Source: Mobula hypostoma
Lineage: Eukaryota
NCBI RefSeq assembly: GCF_963921235.1
Contig: NC_086097.1
Location: 31,746,001 to 31,810,000, forward strand
DNA: 64,000 bases
Direction: 5' to 3'
Part shown: positions 50,299 through 62,934 of the stretch, one piece after another
Layout: every line of letters starts with the position of its first letter
How positions within the stretch are numbered: the stretch's first letter is position 1
Position numbers and translations under genes: made by a program
Notes under the pieces: model-generated
What the model was told of the DNA's origin: nothing
Databases searched by the model: none
The model's input: the letters and a program-made list of their open reading frames with translations, nothing else

Positions 50299-50459
50299 GT
50301 ACCTCTTCCTAGAGATGCTGCCTGGCCTGCTGCATTCACCAGCAACTTTGATGTGTGTTGCATTTATTTACTGGTTTGATTAGTCTGGCACCACATGATG
50401 AGCCGAAGGGCCTGCTGCTGTTCTGTACAGTTCCATGGAAATCGAGATGAAGGTGGTGG

Positions 50460-50668
50460 GTAAACGCCCACTGGGAAAACATCTAGTGGGCAAACATTCA
50501 GTGTGTCAGTGTCCACTGGGCAAATGTTCAGAGAGCAAACATCCAGTGGGAAAATGTCCAGTGACCAAACATACAGTAGGCCAATGTCCAGTGGACAAAA
50601 ATCCAATGGGAAAATATCCAGTGGGGAAATGTCTGGTAAGAACACATCTAGTGGGCAAATGTCCGGTG
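50460..50668. repeat. 20-bp tandem repeat (~10 copies) just upstream of the last exon
   Basis: Unit approximately TCCAGTGGGCAAA(C/T)(A/G) variants at 20-nt spacing. Confidence 0.75.
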
Positions 50669-50691
50669 AGTGACTGTCTGTTCTTCTGCAG

Positions 50692-50976
50692 CTGGTGGAT
50701 TTCCGGGAGTCTGTGGTGAGAGCGCTGGGATTCGACACCAACACCATGGCCATCCCTGACGACAAGATCTATCTCCAGCTGAAGAGCCTCACCCAGCCAC
50801 ACAGCAGGGAGCTGCAGGTGGTCTCCCACCACCGTGGGCCCACCAGGGGACACCTGGGACCGTGGCCCCCACACAGCCCCCCTCCCAGCTGGGGCCAAAA
50901 CACTGCCCCATCCGGCTCTCCGCACCGGGGCCATGGCTGGGGCAGCCTGGCACTACCCCTTCACCAGGCCTCCTGA
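50692..50976 (+). CDS. CCDC170: CCDC170-like last coding exon E
   Basis: ttcttctgcag|CTG; LVDFRESVVRALGFDTNTMAIPDDKIYLQLKSL resembles LADFREVVSQMLGLNVTSLALPDYEIIKCLERL; TGA at 50974-50976. Confidence 0.85.
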   Translation: MVDFRESVVRALGFDTNTMAIPDDKIYLQLKSLTQPHSRELQVVSHHRGPTRGHLGPWPPHSPPPSWGQNTAPSGSPHRGHGWGSLALPLHQAS

Positions 50977-51595
50977 ACGAGAGCACAGTGTGGACCACAG
51001 TCATGGCCACTGCGCAGAAGCTTGCCACTTGGCCCTTCTGCTCAGTGCTCGCTCTCTCCAAGAGCACCGTGGCCTGACCAATACAGAGCACTACAGCACA
51101 GTATAGGCCCTCTGGCTTGCTATATTGTGCTGACCTTTTAACCTACTCAGAGATCAATCTAATCTTTCCCTCCCGCAGAGCCCTCTATTTTCCTATTACC
51201 TATGTGCATATCTGAGAGTTTCTTGAATGCCCCGAATGTATCTGCATCTGCCACCATCACTGGCTGGGCGGTCCACATAGCCACCACTCTCTGTGTAAAA
51301 CAAACTACCTCTGACCTATACATTTCTAAAATCACCTTTAAGTTATCTCCTCTGCTATTAGCAACTTTCACCCTGGGGGTAAGTCTCTGGCTGTGCCTCT
51401 TATCACCTTGCACATCTCTATCAAGTAACCCCTCATCATTCACTCCAAAGAGAAAAGCCCAGCTCACTCAACCTTTCCTTATCAGGCATGCTCTATGATC
51501 TATCAACATCTTGGTAAATCTCCTCTGAACCCCCTCGAAAGCTTTCACATCCTTCCCATAATGAGGACACCAGAAGTGAACACAATGCTCCAAGC

Positions 51596-51757
51596 ACAAG
51601 GAAATCTGCCGATGCTGGAATTTCAAGCAACACACACAAAAATTGCTGGTGAACGCAGCAGGCCAGGCAGCATCTATAGGAAGAGGTACAGTCGACGTTT
51701 CGGGCCGAGACCCTTCACCAGGACCCTCCTGATGAAGGGTCTTGGCCGAAAACATCA
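51596..51757. mobile_element. PLE-derived mini-element with partial palindrome and degenerate hammerhead cores
   Basis: Exact 14-bp TSD ACAATGCTCCAAGC at 51582-51595 and 51758-51771, within a CR1 fragment. Confidence 0.85.
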
Positions 51758-52098
51758 ACAATGCTCCAAGCGTAGTCTAACCAGAGTTTTATACGCCTGC
51801 AACATTACCTCGGGACTCTGGAACTCATTCCCCTGACTAATGAAGATAAGTTTTCATCTGCTCACGGAGCCGGGGTAATCCCTCCCATCACCGACCATGT
51901 AGCACTCCCATGGGAGGGGCACTGGAGGATGGGAGCTCATGTGACAAATGTCCCTGGCATCCCCAGGGCAGGTTTGGAGCTGGGTAAGGAAAGCCTGATG
52001 GATGATGGCTGTGTTGACAATCTGAGCACTGTAGTCATCCGTCGTTCCACAGAAACTGTTTAAGCTTATTTGTGACAACTGATCCTTTAAACCCTTCC

Positions 52099-52104
52099 AA
52101 TAAA
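52099..52104 (+). terminator. Candidate polyadenylation signal of the CCDC170-like gene
   Basis: AATAAA in non-repeat sequence after the stop, followed by GT-rich TGTCTGTTCTGGTGTGCTTT. Confidence 0.4.
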
Positions 52105-54279
52105 ATGTCTGTTCTGGTGTGCTTTATGGAAACCAGGGCCTTCCTGAAGCAGAATCAGGTTGAGTGGCACTGAGGTAGCTTGTGAAGTTTGTTGTTTTGT
52201 GGCTGCAGTACAGTGCCATACATAAACAAATACTATAAGGTAGACTAAGAAGTGTTAAAAATAAAAGTGCCTAAATAGAGCAGGGCAGAAATGGCTAATG
52301 CAAGGGGCATAATTTTAAGGTGATTGGAGGAAAGTATAGGGGAAATGTCAGAGGCAGGTTTTTTATACATTGAGTGCATTGGGTGCATGGAATGCCCTGT
52401 CAGGGCTTGTGGTAGAGGCAGATACATCAGGGACATTTGAGAGACTCTTAGATTGGCACATGGATGATAGAAAAATGGAGGGCTGTGTGGAAAGGACGGG
52501 TTAGATTAATCTTGGAGTAGATTAAAGAGTCGTAACAACAGCAAGGGCCAAAGGGCCCGTACTGTGCTGTATTGTTCTATGTTCTATGCTCTTAAGATAA
52601 CCAGATAGTGTTTATGAGTTCATGGACCATTCAGAAATCCGATGGCAGAGAGGAAGGAGCTGTTCCCAAAATGTTGAGTGTGTGTCTTCAGGCTCCTGTA
52701 CCTTCTCCCTAATGGCAGTATTGAGAAGAGGGTATGCCCTGATTGATGAGTATCCTTATTGATGGATTCACTTATTTGAGGCACTGCATCTTGAAGATGT
52801 CCACGATAGAGAGAAGGGTTTTGCCCATGATGGGGCTGGCGGATTAAATAATCATGATGGAAATTAACTAAAAATTTAATAAATGTCAGGATCAGTAATG
52901 ATGATAGCGAAACTATTGTAAGAAGCTATCCAGTTCATTGGTGTTCCTTGACATTCTATGCCAGTACCATCATTGAGGTACCCATCATCAGTATCCCGAG
53001 GGTTATCACTGAGCCTCATACACAGTGTTGCATCGGAAAAAGGTCGGAGGGTGGGAGTCCTACAGTGAGTAACTCACCCCCTTACTCCCCAAAGCCTGTC
53101 TTACTCTCCATAAGCCTCAAGTGGGGAGTGTGATGCGACGCTCATCACTTGCCTGCAAGAGGGCAGCTTCAACAACACTCCAGAAGTTTGACACCAGACA
53201 CCGCCATCCGTCCGCCACCAGTCACTCACTCCATGGGAGCAGCAGTTTGTACCATCTGCACAAGAGATTCTGCAGCTGCTGGAAATCCAGAGCCACGGAC
53301 ACAAAATTGCTGGGGAAACTCAGCAGATCAGGAAACAAATATGGAGGGGAATAAAAATGCAGTTCAAGACCCTTCATTGAGACTGGAATAAGAAGGTGGG
53401 GGGGAGGGGGAGGAGGAGTTCAAGCTGGCAGGAATTAGATGAGACCAGGTGAGGAGAACGGTGGAAAAGGCAAAGGGCTGAAGAGGAAGCAATCTGACTG
53501 GAGAAGGGAGTAGGAGAGAAATCAGGAGGTGAGGGGCAGGTGAGGAGAAGAGAAGGGGTAATTGGGGAATGGTAAAAGAGAGAAGGGGGAGAAATTACCG
53601 AAAGCTGGGGAAATTGATGAGGTGTTGCTCTTCCAACCTGAGTTTGGGTTCATCGTGGCGGTAGAGAAGGTTAACACAACATTGTGGGCTGAAGGGCCTG
53701 TACTGTGCTGTAATGTTTATATTCTATGTAACACTGTGGGACAAAAGGCAAGACCAGTGCTGTACTGTTCTGTGTTTTCTGCGTGAAAATGGTAACTCTT
53801 TTTGACGTTAATCTTTCAGCAAATGCTGTGCCTTTAATAATGTGCCATCAAAAACACTTTGCAATTTTAAAAATGACTTAAAAGGAAAGGTGAAAATCTG
53901 AAAATGCAGGTCACACCTCCATAAACAACACGATTTAACAAACATGCGGTTAGATTGTAATTAGACGGGAGAACAACAATTTCCTTTCCCGCTGTGGGTG
54001 AATATCTGATACCAGTGGTGACGTTGCCTGGTCTGATGGAGAGGTAGAGGAGCTGGTGGGGTGGGTCAGTGTTTGTTGGGTTGGCTTGTTATCAGGGAAT
54101 GGTGGTTATCCACAGAAGATGCTCACTTCTTGATGGTTGTTAAACCGCAAATTGGCAGCCAAATGTCAGGTGAGCACCAGTAATGAAGATATAACTGTGC
54201 ATCATCCTATTCAGCACCGGGTGTGCGTCTGTGTCACCTGAACACTGTCACTATATTGGGCACCTCCAATACCATCCAC

Positions 54280-55061
54280 ACCCCCCCCCCCACACACACA
54301 CACACACATACACACAGACATGCACACGTGAGCACACACAGATATACACGTGCACATAGGCACACAAAACTGCACACACACACACACATAAGCAGGAACA
54401 TTCACGTGCACACACATACATACATAATTGCACAGGTACACATGCATGCACTACAGACATATGCATACACATGTAAATACACACGTGCATATTTACACAT
54501 ACTAACACACAAGCATATGTGCACACATACTGCAAAGAATTATGTTTTCAGAAACAAAGTGTTGGAAAAACTTAACAAGTCAGGCAGCGTCTATGAAGAG
54601 AGAAGAGCAGTTAATGTTTCAGTCAAACCCTCTTTGGTATTGATTTTGGGACAAACAATGAGCCCAATTTTCCACATTATATTCTACCTGCCCTCTCCTC
54701 ACTCCCTTACCCTGTGCATATCTCCAAAACCTTCCTGAATCCCCCTCACATCTCACATTGCCACCCAGCTTTGCATCAACAAGTTTGAATATATCACATG
54801 TGATCCTCTTGTGTTAACCATGGTGAACATCTGGAGTCCAGCACCAGTCCCTGTGGCACCCCCTCGACACACCTCCCAGCCCAGAGGTAACCCTTTCACT
54901 TCCTCTCACACATAGGCACATATGCCCAACCACAAACTCAGACATATATGTACACACACAGAGAAACACGCAACCGTGCATTCATACATAAACACACCTG
55001 CACACACACAGAGAGAAACCTACACATACAGGCATACAGTCAGACAGACACACATGCATAT

Positions 55062-55100
<39 letters not shown>

Positions 55101-55205
55101 TAACATTCATTCTATGTGATTCTTGATTTGCGGATGTCTGTGACAAATTTCAGGTTGTACACTGTATACGTTCTCTGATATTAAATGAACCTTTGAACAC
55201 ACACA

Positions 55206-55240
<35 letters not shown>

Positions 55241-55440
55241 GCACACATATGATCTCACTATCACTCAAATACAAACAAGCACAGGCACACAACCAGACAC
55301 ACCTACACTCACACCTACAAGCCTGCTGTATGTATACACACACAATCACGTGTACACAGCAGCATGTGTACAGACAACTAAACATATGTGGACATGTGAA
55401 AGAACACGTGTCAGCAGGCCAGTGTTCACAGTGCATGTGA
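54280..55440. repeat. Degenerate CA-rich low-complexity tracts with (CA)n microsatellites
   Basis: (CA)n runs at ~54290, ~55065 and ~55197, with intervening CA/TA-rich sequence. Confidence 0.85.
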
Positions 55441-58400
55441 GAACATGGAATGCCATGTGAAAGTACAAATATACCACGTTCTGCCATTGTTGTTAATTTC
55501 CTTATAGGTTCAATTGATTCAATTTATTGTCAGAGAAATGTGTACAATATACATCCTGAGTTCTTTCTCTTCGCAAACATCCACACAAACAGAGGAGTGC
55601 CCCAAAGAATGAATGACAGTTAAGTGTTAGAACCCCAAACCCCCCCCAGCTCCCCCCCCACAGATAAACAGCAGCAAAGTAACGAGAGTCCCTCCCCCAC
55701 CAGCAAAAAAGCATCTGCACCCTCCACTGAGCATTCAAGTGTACAAACACTCATCATGCCAACAGTAATCAGACTCTCTTAAAATCTGAGGCGCTGGCAC
55801 TCTGTGTCTGCTGTGATTTTATAGAGAATCAAATGAAGAATAGAGACACACTAGTTCCAAGTTTGTTCTGGCTCAGAATTGATCCAAGCATTCTGTGTGA
55901 CGTGGCACTTCCAGAGTGACCGGGACTGGATTCACGGCGATGGGTCCTAGGTGACAACACGTGTGTGAGCACACACAGGCGTGCGTGCAATCAGGCGCAC
56001 ACTGACGTACAAACACAGGTACACACATGCATGCAAATGAGCACATCATATATACACACACGTACACGTTCTTGCACACAAACACACAAATAAGCACGCA
56101 TACATCAGAATCAGGTTTATTATCACTAACATAAGTTGTGAAATTTGTTGTTTTGCGGCAGCAGTACAGTTTAATACATAAAAAATTATTAAAAAATTAA
56201 GTCTGCAAATAGAAATATTAAAAATAAATGGAGAAAGAGAACGAACTAGTGAGGTAGTCCATGGGTTCATGGATCGTCCCTGAAATGTTGAGTGCGAGTC
56301 TTCAGGCTCCTGCAACTTCTCCCGATGGTGCTAATGAGAAGAGGACATGTCCTGGATGGCGAGCTGCTTCATGGTGGACGTTGCCGTTTGAAGACGTCCT
56401 TAATGGTGGGGAGGCTAGTTCCCTTGATGGAGCTGTTTGAATCTACAACCCTCTGCAGCTTTTTCTGATCCTCCGCAGTGGCCCCTCCGTACCAGACGGT
56501 GATGCAACCAGTTAGAACGCTCTCCACAGTTCAACCACCCATTTACACCAATCCTTTTAGATTATTTGAATCCCCACGTGCCCAACCGCCCCCCCCCCGA
56601 TTCTAAACTTCATCCACATCCTGTGGCTCTGCATGTCTTTGAGGTGAGGGAGGAAACCAAAGCACCCAGGGAAACACATGCAGTCACAGGGAAAGTGTGC
56701 AAATTCCACACAGACATCATTTGAGGTTGGAACCTGGGACTCTGATGCTGAAACGCAGCAGCCACTGTTGTCGGAGAGATGGAAATTCCCACTTTTCCAA
56801 GTCCAGCCTCTCCCACATGAAGGTGATGCTAATGTCAACAACACGTAGTGAAACAAGCAACCAAAGAATTGAAACCAAACAGCTAAAATAGAATGTGCAT
56901 GGGAACAAAAGGCCAGGGGACAAGGACTACTTCTAGGGCCTTTTCAATGAGCAGAGCCAGGGATAGACCATAAGACATAAGAACAGAATTAGACTACTTG
57001 TCCCATCAAGTTTGCTCTGCCATTCCATCCTCAAAGTTCAAAGCATACAACCTTGAGATTCATTTTCTTGCAGAGGACTGCAGAAAAATGAAGAAGTACA
57101 ATAGAAGCCATGAAAAAAACACAACAAAGGCAGATTCCCTGAAACCGAGTCTTCAGGCTGTGGTGTCAGTTCGTAGCTGAAGCAAGTGAAGCCATCCACA
57201 CTGATCCAGGAGTCTGATGGTTATTGGGCAACAACTGTTCCTGAACCTGTGGCATGGGACCCAAGATTCCTGTACCTCCTGTCCGATGGTAGAAGGAGAA
57301 AAGAGGCAAACGGGTCAGACGAAGACCAACGGGACAAGTTCAGGTGGGGGATCGACTGGCATGGAGTAGTACGGATGAACACTGACTTGTTTTCCGATGT
57401 CGGGCCTCAACACTTTAATCTGGTGTGAAGTGCACCCCGGTGCTCTCTCTTCCTGCGATGGACGACCTTTGTCTGGTTCAAGGTGACGTATCTGCATCAT
57501 TGAGAGTCTAGTTTGCCGAATCCTTCAGGAGATCATAAAATCGCTACTTTGTTTAGACGGTGCAAAAGTTTGTTTCTTATAGGGGAATTATAGACTGCAG
57601 ATTGCAGTTCAGAAGTTTTGTGAGCTGCCTGCAAAACATTACCATATATCGCCAGCCCTATCTTGGAATTGCTGTTTTATTTTCCGTCTGACATCCATTC
57701 TCCCGCCTAGTCCCCATGTCCTTTGACACACTTACTAATCAAGAACTATCAACCTCCACCTTAAATATACCCAATGACTTGGCCTCCACAGCCGTCTGTG
57801 ACAATGAATTCCAAAGATTTGCCACCCTCTGGCTGAAGAAATTCCTCCTCATGTCTGTTCTAAATGGAAGTCCTTTTATTCTGAGGCTGTGCCCTCCAGT
57901 CCTAGCCTCTCCCATTATGGGAAACATCCTCTCCACATCCACTCTATCTAGGATTTTCAATATTTGATAGGCTTCAATGAGATCTCCCCCCTCATTCTTC
58001 TAAACTCAGCAAGTACAGGCCCAGCGTCATCAAGGCATCGTCATATGTTAACCCTTTCAGTCCTGAGATCATTCTCGTGAACCTTGTCTGGACCCTCTCC
58101 AATGCCAGCACATCTTTTTTTAGATATGGGACCCAAAACTGCTCACAATACTCCAGGTATTCTCAGACCAATACCTTATAAAGCCTCAGCATTACTTCCT
58201 TGCTTTTATATTCTAATCCTCTCGAAATGAACGCGAACGTTTCATTTGCCTTCCACAGTCCGAAGAAGCACTGGTCCTCTTGAAATGAAATAATGGGCTG
58301 AATGGCCCATAACTGTGTTGACTGCTTCAGTTTCTGAACGCACACCACAGTCTCCCATAATTGGGCGATACAACTCTCAAAAGAACTGATAAAGTATCCT

Positions 58401-60754
58401 AATGGGAGGTGACAATGTGTCCAAGGAGACCCATTATTATTTGGCTAGTCTGTCATCCAAAAATAAATTTAATTTGCAGTTTTTTTCTGTAATGGCAGCA
58501 GCCGGTGTGTGCTGGTTGTTGAGAGCCATTGGATTTTTTTGATTGAAGCAATTTCACCAGCCGCCTTTCAGATGAGGCTGCTTGATGTTATTGACCCCCA
58601 TCTGCACCGGAGTCTCACAAAATCCCGTCACCCTCCGCACCCCTTACAACCACTTTGCTGCGGTGCACAGGAAAACAGGGTGGATGAGCAGAGCAGGGCA
58701 AGCCCCCCCTCCAACAGTTGGGTAGACATCTGCTCCTCCACACCGGCAGGATTTAATCCCCCCTCCTTGGACAGTTCCCAACACTACAGACCCCCCCTCC
58801 CTACTGCAGGACTGTAGGTTGGGAGGGGGGAAAGGACGGGGAACTGAACAAACCTGCTGTTAACCATGGGTGATATTGGAGTTTTCATAAAATACAGGGA
58901 GGTGTCTCCTACAGCATTTTAGAGCACTACAGCACAGAAACAGGCCCTTTGGTTCATCGGCACACAAGAGGTACTGCAGATGCTGGAAATCGAGAGCGAC
59001 GCACACAATGTGCCAGAAGAGCTCAGCAGGTCAGGCAGCATCTGTGGATGGGAATAAGCAGTCAACGTTCGGGCCAAGACCCTTTATCAGTGATGCCTTT
59101 CCCTTCCAGAAGAGGGGTCTTGGACCAAAACATTGACTGTTTTTCCCATTCATAGATGCTGCCTGATCCGCTGAGCTCCTATAGCACTTTGTGTGATTTG
59201 CTTTGGTCCGTCTAGTCCGTGCAGAACTATTATTTTGCCTTGTTGCATTGACCCCCACCTGAACCATAGCCTTCATACTCCTCCCATGATGTACCAATCC
59301 AAATTTCTCTTAAATGTTGCAGTCAAAGCCACATCCACCACTTCTGCTGGCAGCTTGTTCCACACTCTCACCATCCTCTGAGTGAAGCAGTTCCCCGTCA
59401 GGTTCCCCTTAAATATTTCACTTTTCACCCTTAACCCATGACCTCTAGTTCCTGTCTCACCCAACATCAGTGGAAAAAGCCTACTTGCATTTACCCTACC
59501 TATATCTCTCATAGTTTTGCGTACCTCTATCAAATCTCCCCTCATTCTCCCATACTCCAGGGAATAACCTATTCCCTACAACTCAGTGGGACACTCCCTC
59601 ACTACCTCCCCTCCCACAGTGTGACCTTCCCTCAATGCCTCCTTCCCCTTCAGTTTTTTTCCATCCTCTAGTGAGGCCGAATTTCCCGAACCTTCCTCCC
59701 CATCAGGAACGTAGCCATCCTCGCTGGCAAGCAGAGCGCCTCCCCCATTAATCCGCTGTGCTGAGGCGCTCTGTGTCTCAGCTCAAGTCTGCCTTTGACC
59801 GAGAGGCCCCCACGGGGTTGGAAGATGCTGCGCCAACCAGCAGATTGCTGAGTTTGGGTCCAAGTTCGACGACAGATTTGTGGCAACCTCGCGATTCCGC
59901 TTCCAAATTAATAGTGCATCAGTCCACATTCCCCTGATTTAATCTCTATCCCCAAATTAGGTTGGAGTCTAAAATTCACTTCAAAGTCTCACACTAATCT
60001 GCCTTTAATTATAAAGATGAATTTTGTCTCTTGCCCGATGCTTATCTGCCTGGGCTGTCATTAAGTTGAGTGGACATCGAGATGATATACTTTGTTTTGT
60101 ATCTGGATAATTCAAAGGTTTATAGAAAAGTAGATGCGCTGTTCATTAAAAATGATGCGAGGGGGTGGAAGGGGGGTGCTGAGGTTTCAGCAGAGGGTCT
60201 CAATATTGTTGTTGGCCCTTTGAAACTTCTCTTCCATCCTTGGCAAAGTGAGCTGACATAACTTCCACTGGATATAGCTCATCAAGTGAAGGCAGTGGGG
60301 GAGGGCGTTCTTATCTTTAAGACCAAATCTCTCTTTCAAACTTTGATGGGAAGTGGGGTGGGAGTTGAGGACAGGGGGACCTTAAAATGACAGCCAAGAA
60401 GTCAGGAGCAAAGTTACCAAAACCATTGTCAGAGTACGGAGAAAGTTGAGGGTCACTGATTGAGTTGATCAAAGTCAAAGTTAAAGCAAATTTATTATGG
60501 AAGTACTCTTAAGTCATGATATACTACCTGGAGCTACATTTTCTTGCAGACATTTAAAGAAAAATGAAGAAATACAATAGAATTTATGAAAGATTATAAG
60601 TACATAAATAAAGACTGACAAACAAATACTGACAACATGTGTTGTAGAGTCCTTGAAACTGAGTTTGTACGTTGTGGAATCAGTTCAGATTTGAAGTGAG
60701 TGAGGCTATCCTCACTGGTTCAGAAGCCTGATAGTTGAAGAGTAATAACTGTTC

Positions 60755-61878
60755 CACATGGTAGGTTTATTCAGAAAGTTAGAAGGCATGGGATCCAGGG
60801 AAGTTTGGCCAGGTGGATTCAGAATTGGCTTGCCTGCAGAAGGCAGAGGGTCATGGTGGAGGGAGTACATTCAGATTGGAGGATTGTGACTAGTGGTGTC
60901 CCGCAAGGATCTGTTCTGGGACCTCTACTTTTCGTGATTTTTATTCACAACCCGGATGTGGGGGTAGAAAGGTGGGTTGGCAAGTTTGCAGACGACACAA
61001 AGGTTGGTGGTGCTGTAGATAGTGTAGAGGATTGTCGAAGATTGCCCAGGGACATTGATAGGATGCAGAAGTGGGCTGAGAAGTGGCAGATGGAGTTCAA
61101 CCCGGAGAAGTGTGAGGTGATACACTTTGGAAGGACAAACTCCAAGGCAGAGTACCAAGTAAATGGCAGGATAGTTGGTAGTGTGGAGGAGCAGAGGGAT
61201 CTCGGGGTACATGTCCACAGATCCCTGAAAGTTGTCTCACAGGTAGATAGGGTAGTTAAGAAAACTTATGGGGTGTTAGCTTTCATAAGTCAAGGGATAG
61301 AGTTTAAGAGTCGCGAGGTAATGATGCAGCTCTATAAAACTCTGGTTAGGCCACACTTGGAGTACTGTGTCCAGTTCTGGTTTCCTCACTATAGGATGGA
61401 TGTGGAAGCATTGGAAAGGGTACAGAGGAGATTTACCAGGATGCTGCCTGGTTTAGAAAGTATGCATTATGATCAGAGATTAAGGGAGCTAGGGCTTTAC
61501 TCTTTGGAGAGAAGGAGGATGAGAGGAGACATGATAGAGGTATACAAGATATTAAGAGGAATAGATAGAGTGGATAGCTGGCGCCTCTTCCCCAGGGCAT
61601 CACTGCTCAATACAAGCGGACATGGCTTCAAGGTGGGAAGTTCAAGGGGGATATTAGAGGAAGGTTTTTTACTCAGAGAGTGGTTGGTGCGTGAAATGCA
61701 CTGCCTGAGTCAGTGGTGGAGGCAGATGCACTAGTGAAGTTTAAGAGACTACTAGACAGATAATGGAGGAATTTAAAGTAGGGGCATATATGGGAGGCAG
61801 GGTTTGAGGGTCGGCACAACATTGTGGGCCGAAGGGCCTGTAATGTGCTGTACTCTTCTACGTTCTATGTTCTATGTT
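60755..61878 (+). mobile_element. CR1 3' fragment, same subfamily as 43258-45447
   Basis: ORF 60805-61734 is nearly identical in peptide sequence to the 43329-44400 region. Confidence 0.93.
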
Positions 61879-62934
61879 TCCTGTACCTGGCGTTGTTAGA
61901 CCTTAAGGCTCCTGTACCCCCTGCCCAATGGTAATAGTGAGAAGAGAGCATGGCCTGGATGGTGGGGGTTCTAGATGGTGATTGCTGCTTTCTTGTGGCA
62001 GCGTTCCATGTAAATGTGCTCAATCGTCAAGAGGACTCTGCCTGTGATGGACTGGGCTGTATCCACCACTTTCTGCAGACTTTTCCATTCCCGGGCATTG
62101 ATGTTTCCATACCAGGCCATGATGCAGCCAGTTAGGATACTCTCCACTCTGCACCTATAGAAGTTTGTCAAAGTTATAGGTGACACGCTGAATCCGTGCG
62201 AACTTCTAAGGAAGTGGACGAGCTGTCGTGCCTTCTTTGTGAAGGCACACACTGGTTCCAGGACATAATTACACCAAAGGAAAACATTAGCTGGTAGGAA
62301 ACATTTCCCTGTGGCAGAGGAGTCTCAAAGCAAAGGGCAACAGTTTAAGGTAAGGAGGGAGAGGGGTAGATGGGATCTGAGGAGGAATTTTCTTATGCAG
62401 TATCCAGAACACACAGTTCTTGAGGGAGCATGGAGGCAGAGAAACTTTGCCAGCACTTGAATCGCCAACGCCGAGGAATGCTGGCCAATGTGACGATGGC
62501 CGGCGGGGGTGAGATGTGCCAAAGGGCCTGTTTTTGGACAGTGCAACGACTCTCTGAATAAACAAAGTCTGCTACACCACCTCGCCTAATAAGGTGGAGT
62601 TTGGTGGTGTTAAATCTGAGCACCACGGAGAGGTGGATTGGGGTCATTGGAGGATAGAATAAGATGGTGGGGTTGAGAGGCCTACTCTTGTTGTCAATTG
62701 GGATCATAGGGGGCGGGGTAGGAAGTGTTACCATCAACAGATGGTTTATATACTCAGGAGGCAGGGCAAGGGTCAGGGAGGGTGAAGCTGGTCATTGGCT
62801 CTGATCTTAGGCCTGGTGGCCCCATGATGAATTGGATCAGGAGAGGCTATTCAGCTCTCGAAGGCCACTGTGCTCACCCACAGTGCATGTCCTGCCTCAG
62901 ATCCTGGGCTTGATCTGGCTCTGTTCCAGATACC

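Larger units (their letters stand above)
47005..50360 (+). mobile_element. Penelope-like retroelement (RT + GIY-YIG) with inverted 3'-end duplication at its 5' side
   Basis: KPADK, YLLPK, PGRPIVS, MDVQSLYTSI, GVAMG, RYIDD, then GVIYC...YIGET...RFAEH...HFN; 47005-~47757 is the reverse complement of the 3' end; TSD CATTTATTTAC at 46994-47004 and 50361-50371. Confidence 0.95.

Noticed and set aside
51690..51757. Active hammerheads in the 51596-51757 and 45517-45741 mini-elements
   Set aside because: Core or stem III positions are mutated (CTGGTGA; GAAACATC).
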